DNA of 64,000 bases from the human T2T-CHM13v2.0 reference genome, Homo sapiens. Both the position numbers and the translations under genes were made by a program. The notes below the pieces were generated by a model. The model ran no database searches. It was not told the DNA's origin and saw nothing but the letters and a program-made list of their open reading frames with translations. Positions 58,101-64,000 of the stretch are shown here, piece after piece (the stretch's first letter is position 1; every line of letters starts with the position of its first letter). The stretch lies in the NCBI RefSeq assembly GCF_009914755.1, contig NC_060932.1; one strand, 5' to 3'.

Positions 58101-59059
58101 CCCTAACACCCCTTATGATTATGAAAATCTTTTAAAGTCTGAATTTAATCTCCTTCAATTCAATATACATGTGATTTTTTTTATGATAATAATAGATCGT
58201 AGAAATAGTGACCAAGATATTTTATACATTATATTAACTCTTTACATAAAAACAAATAGAAGCTGTCTCCCTGGTCTGTTAAACATAATATTGAGTAGTT
58301 TCTCATCTTTCATGAGGCAGATGAGAAAGCAAGAGAAAAACAGGACACTGGTCAGGAAATGTCTTGCCTAAGATCCAGGATACAAAACTAGTTTGCTTAC
58401 TTGCAGGACATAAAGTGTATCCTGACTAACCACTTCTCCCACCATGCCAACCACCCCACACAACTTACCTTGAAACAGTTGACTTGTTTACCTTAACGGC
58501 ACCAGGGAGTTTACTTAAGGGTTGACCCTTTGCTTTTGTAATTATTTGTTCCCATCAAAAGCGGAAGATAAGTCACTGTTATTAGAACAAACCCAATTTA
58601 TTAGTTTTCCCTGTCCAGCCAAAATTGCCTTAATTATTAACCCATGGGGTAATAAGTAGAAACAAATAACAGATGTAGCATTGCAAATTGCAGTGTAAAC
58701 CTCAGCAGCCATTTTCTTTCTGAAAATTAAACCATAGACATTTTAAATCTTGTACTCTTCTGCCAACTATTTTATAAGCACTTAAACTAATCTCTGATGA
58801 CGCTACCATTCCCCAAAGTCTACTGAAGTAGGATCACCAAGTAATCTGATTTTTCAGAACATAAGTGGGCCCACCCATCCATCTGTCATCAAAAATAATT
58901 TTAAGTCTCTTGAGAAGCTCCATGGTGACAGGAACTTTGTTTTGCTCACTTACCTACCTTTAACACCCAAAGAAGAGCTTTAAAAAAAATAAGGGAAGAA
59001 AATAGGCTGTGATCAATGCATTTTATTCTGTTCTCTGAGTTGGTGCTCTTTCAATGTGT

Positions 59060-59190
59060 TCACTTATTTATCAATTTAACAAATATTTGCAAAGTTTCTA
59101 CTTGTGGTTAGGCTTTATGCAAAGCACTGAACATGTAACTGTGAATCAGATGAGTAATATTCCTTACCTCCTGCAGTTTGCAGCCTGATC
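59060..59190 (-). mobile_element. L2 3' end fragment
   Basis: tttaacaaatatttg...ggctttatgcaaagcactgaacatgtaactgtgaatcaga...cctcctgcagtttgcag. Confidence 0.55.
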
Positions 59191-59829
59191 CTATTTCCCG
59201 CTAAAGAAGGGTAAATGTATTGTTTAGCCCCTACACTATGCTGAATTTTTAAAAGCATTTAAAGGTCTTATTAGATACCTCCTGCGGAAAGTCACTAACC
59301 GTGCAATTCCCCTGGTTGAATGCCCAGTTATTTGCAGCCCATTGCCATACATGGAGATAGATTTTTTTGCTTTGTCCATTGCGGTAGGCTCAATGCCTAC
59401 TACATTAGCTTTTCTTTCCTGGAATATAGTAGGTGCTTATATGAATAAAGGAAAAATATGAGAAGAGAACAAAATGTGTTAAGGATCAACTATACTAAAC
59501 TCTTTGTAGACATAATCTTACTATAGACATAACCCCAATCTATTTTTGGATTATAATTTTCATTTTACAAGTGGGGAAATTGAGAGATGTAAATTAACTT
59601 TGCTCAAAACAATGCAATGGGCAAATTGCAAAGCCTGAGCTCAAAATGGGCTGACTTGTACCACCTGATCCATAAGTTCACTTTAGCAAGTACTCAATAC
59701 TACCATAAATTACCTTTTGGTTTCCTGCTTTAGCCTGCTTACCAAGGGCTCATGCCAAACTCAAGTCTTTTGTATTTTGGGCTATGACATATACCAACTA
59801 TGTTAAAAATCTGGAGGATGTTGTAGTGA

Positions 59830-60218
59830 CAGACAGCACCATAATTTTTGTGGTGTACCGAAACAAAAATTTATTTCTTGTTCAGGTAGGTCTTGTCCAG
59901 GACCAGACAACTCTCCAGGTCAATGGTCTTCTACACAGCACACTGGAGACCTAGGCTGAGAGATGCTCTGCCAGCTGGGCTGTGACATGTGAAACCCATA
60001 GTCTCTCCAGTCAGAGGAGCAGGGCAAGAGAACCGCACATCACCTCTTATATACTTCTACCCCGAGGTGACATTCATTACCTTTGTTCATATTTCATTAA
60101 TTAGAATAAATCATACCACCATACTCAAATTCAAAAAGGTGGAGAAGTTGTAATCCTTCCACATGTCTGGAAAAAGAGACGAGCGTAGATGTTGGCAAGT
60201 AGTTGCTATGTCTGCCAT
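59830..60218 (-). mobile_element. Old MaLR LTR (MLT1K/L-like)
   Basis: aaacaaaaatttatttcttgttc...ggagacctaggctga...catatttcattaattagaataaatcat...aagttgtaatcc...tctgcca. Confidence 0.55.
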
Positions 60219-62809
60219 ACCAGCTACCTTCTCTGTCTATCTATGTCTAACTTGTGTTAATGTTCTATATTTAAAAGATAGTCTCTATAGTCCCGTTTTT
60301 AACAATATAGTGAGTACCTTCTATTTCACAAGTGGGCCTCCTTCTAATGGCAGCCCTATTTAAAGGATGAAATGTCTTTGATTTTGTTTTTTAAATAAGT
60401 TATCCAGTTAGTAGTGAGAAAGTAGAAATTGTAGATAATCAAAAACAAAGTAATAAAAAAAAAACCTACAAACCTATCACCCTATTGTTCTTCAGCAGCA
60501 GCTTTCCTTAGCAAACACTGAGGAAAAATGCTATTGCCTAGCTTGTATTTGATTCCCTTCTCCCATGCTTTTAGCAGCTGATCTGGAAATGCTGGCTTGT
60601 CCTCATGATAAGAGGCTACTTTAAGATTTTAAAACTGAGAGTGTCTCCCAAAATTTCAGCCCAGAAAGAATAAATGCCTTTATAGCATAGTCTATTTCTA
60701 ACATAGACAAATGACTATATTTGCTTATTTATGATGTGCTCTACCTGAAGTTGCACACTATTACTCTAGATGCATCATTTTAAAATTTAGGATGGAACTC
60801 GTTTTTAACTGAGCCATTAAATTATGATTGTATTTTTTACTTATTATTCTCATTCAATTGAGAACAAGAACAGACATGCAATTAGTTTGCTGAAAAGTTA
60901 GAACTCAAGCCTTCTGGCTTCAAGACTTTCCCTATTTTCTTTATATCAAAACATCAAATAAAATTTTAATTAAGCCCTCTAGAATTCAGATATCAATATA
61001 AAACAATATTGACAGTTAATTTAATGAATATGCATTTTGCATTATCTTTGAGGCGGATAACATGTTAAAACTACAAGCTTAAAGATGAATTAAACAAAAC
61101 CTTTCTTTGGGAAACTTTTGAGAATTGTATTATCTAATGGAGGATTCGTATACCAAATACAATAAAGTGAAATGAAGAAATGTTGGTTTATAATACGGCA
61201 TTGAGAACCATCACTCTTCAATACACATAATAATATTTTTCATTCCTCTGCTATTCTGTACTCTCCTGCAATATTAAAATTTGTAAAGATCTTTCTTCCT
61301 TGATGGTTTATCAAATAGTCACTCATTTGCCCTAATAAAAAACATTTCAGATATTTCTTACAGTTTTAATCAGGTAATGAATTTGTTCCACCATTCCTTT
61401 TTATTTTGTGTCATCTTCTAAAATCTTAACCCAGTTTCTGATTGTGTTTGATGTAGTCGTTGTCAAGTGCATTTGATCTGCCAATGCAAATAGGACTGAG
61501 GTGAGCCTGTTGAGTATATAAAATATTTTTTTCCAATGTCTTTGACCAATTAAGTAGTTAAACGCAGTGGTGCTATTTTGTTTCCTTAGCAACTTGGGAA
61601 TACATTGTAAGTTTTAAAAAATTATATCTAAAGTATCTTGAAATTTATTTCTACAATTATTGTGAGTATTCTGGCTTTTTTTAGGCCACTTCAAATTATG
61701 ACTAAAGAAGAAAGTAATAACCCCAAATGTGTTTCTTTTCTAGGAGCTGATCAGATTTTGCCAACTATAGGGGAATCCCTGGGTTCAGATGAAAGTTAAA
61801 GTCTCAGGATCAGGTCTTATTAGAAATAAGATTCATATTCTTACAAACTATCATTTAATTTGTTCACCCCATTTTAAGAGAGAACAGATTATTTGAAGAA
61901 ACATTTTGAAGTTTAAAAACCAAATATGTTTATAAAATTGTGCTGCCTCAGATTAGCAAAAAGAAGGTTAAAAAGCTTTCTTTAATGAAGCTATTTTTCT
62001 ATTACATGTTACTGGATGAATTAGTATTTGGTTTTTTAATTTCTTTAAACCTTTTGTCTCTCCAGGAAAATTGCCGCATGTCTGAGAAATGAGAATGAAT
62101 ACTTTCCCATTTAACTTCCCTTCCTTCTTGGATCTATGCTCTTACAGTGGGATTTGGGTACTTTATCATTTACAATTTTGATTTCATTTCAACCATTTAA
62201 CTGCATTTTAAATTTCTCCTTTGCTTACACTTTCTGCCTCAGACTTCATTTTTAGGACCTCTTACAGTGGAACATTCAAGGTACACATTCAAGATAGCTA
62301 TTGAATCCAGTGAAACACTTTGTGTTGATAAACCCTGACTTGCCTAGATAGGAAGGAGCTAATGGAGCCCACGCAATTGTGTAGTCAACCAATGATTGTG
62401 AAAGGGATGCCTTCTTTTAAAAATCCTATTATAACATGGAAGATATTTTCAAAAATAAGTATACCACAGTAGTGTATTGAATGCTACATTATTTAAATGC
62501 TAAGAAACAATTTTTTTATTATACTTAATAATGGTTAGAACCTTTAAATTATTATATCCAAGTTTGTCAACATGTAAAATTAAATGAGAATAGGCTATAA
62601 TAAAAAAAGAATAAAATGATGTAAAATCAGGGAAAGTAATAAATGAAAGAGTTGAGTTGCTGAGCCTGGAAAAGAGGAAGAGATATGGCAACTTAGTGAC
62701 AGTGTGAGGAAGGGGTGGGGGGAGGAGCACTCTGATGTACCGATTGCTATTTACGATTTCATCTGTGTAGATTTTTAAGCAAAAAAAAAAAAAAAAGTTA
62801 AAATTTTAC

Positions 62810-63005
62810 CCATGGAAAGTTTAGATTGATATAAGAAATATATTCTTTGTAATCCAAGTGCATTATTAAGGAACAACACTGTAGATTTCCCACTAATTAT
62901 AAAATATGATGAAGATGTTGGATGGTTGGAGAGTTAACTTGGCCATGGGGCATGAATCTATCATAAATAATCTCCAGATGTCTTGTTCAGCTGTATTTTC
63001 TGATA
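62810..63005 (+). mobile_element. L3/CR1 3' end relic
   Basis: ggaaagtttagattgatataagaaatatattcttt...ctccagatgtcttgttcagctgtattttctgat resembles the CR1 3' terminus. Confidence 0.5.
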
Positions 63006-64000
63006 ACCAATTATACTGTAAAAAAAAAAAAGAGTGGTATAATTAAATACTGGATATATTGCCTATCAAAATAATATTAATGATATTGGTAATTCAAAAT
63101 AAAACTGATTATTATATTCCAAATAGTATACAATGGTTTATATGCATAATTTCCATTCTATTATATTTTTATACAAACCCACACGGTGGTTTCTTGCAAA
63201 CATTTCAGGTAGAACATGGATTCTTGGGAAAAGGCCCTATACATTTCCATGGTAGGATTAGAATCTCCCTGTTTATTTTGCCAAGAACATAGAAACTTAC
63301 TGGGAGTGAGGTTACCGCGTAAGGAAGGAATGCCTACCTTGGCTTGACTTTGCCATCAGCTCCCTAATGAGCGTGGAGCTTCTGGTGCTACCATTCAGGA
63401 GGACCCTAACTTAATGGATCTGAGGCAGCCAAATTTCATCTGTACCTTTGTCCTTTTATCTGGGTTTGGTCCAAGGGCGATGTTTACAAAATTATATTCC
63501 TAAAATACTATTGCCATATTGTTGCCATCTGCACTTTATATGTAACTCAATTCAGGTTTTGTAAGGGTAAATACCTTGGCCACAGTTGTCATATGGTGAG
63601 TAGTGAACCAGCACTCAGCTGTCTCACACACAGTGCAGCAAAATTCTATATGAGCACCGATAACTCATCTTACAAGCATGAGCTCATTATTAAACCACAC
63701 TCAATCATTGTTTCCTTCCACCCCCGTTCAGTGGGGAGAATTCTTTCTCATTGCTGTATGAAAACTTTGGCAGGCCTATGACTTTTTCTAATGACTCTTA
63801 AGTAACATGTAGCTCTACAGACACATGAAATCACAAACATAATCTTGATTCAGAAATTAAAATGTCAATTCCATGCATGTAATAAACCAAATTACAAACT
63901 TGAGTTAAACCTATCCTCCATAGCTAGGTCTTGCGCTGGGCTGGATCCTGGGTTCAGATAACATTTCATCATGGCCCTGACTTTGGGAAACATCACAAAC

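Noticed and set aside
62906-63003. Box C (atgatga) ... box D (ctga) snoRNA-like spacing
   Set aside because: There is no terminal stem or evident guide, and it lies within a probable CR1/L3 relic.

Overview
Primate (very probably human) AT-rich, non-coding genomic DNA. I could not support any protein-coding exon, RNA gene or CRISPR array. The long ORFs in the track come from L1 ORF2 remnants, Alus, LTRs or microsatellites, or are chance ORFs. Much of the window is recognisable transposable element: 13 Alus, several L1 fragments, MaLR/ERVL/ERV1 LTRs, MIR/L2/L3 relics and Tigger/hAT/mariner DNA transposons. Subfamily names come from my recollection of the consensus sequences and need RepeatMasker/Dfam confirmation. 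The best second-look items are: (1) two L1 insertions that appear to carry 3' transductions inside their target-site duplications (TSDs) (2306-2899, 29673-30232); (2) a twin-priming inverted L1PA3 (18472-19577); (3) a ~160-bp dispersed duplicate that copies an L1MC junction together with its TSD (52059-52215 vs 54661-54823); (4) a CpG-rich LTR12 solo LTR with an intact NF-Y/TATA-like promoter pointing leftwards (56486-57624); (5) a multiply nested two-LTR MLT1J-like provirus relic (3678-7697); and (6) a strong minus-strand bias of LTRs, suggesting the window is an intron of a + strand gene. I found no evidence for a wholly new biological system.
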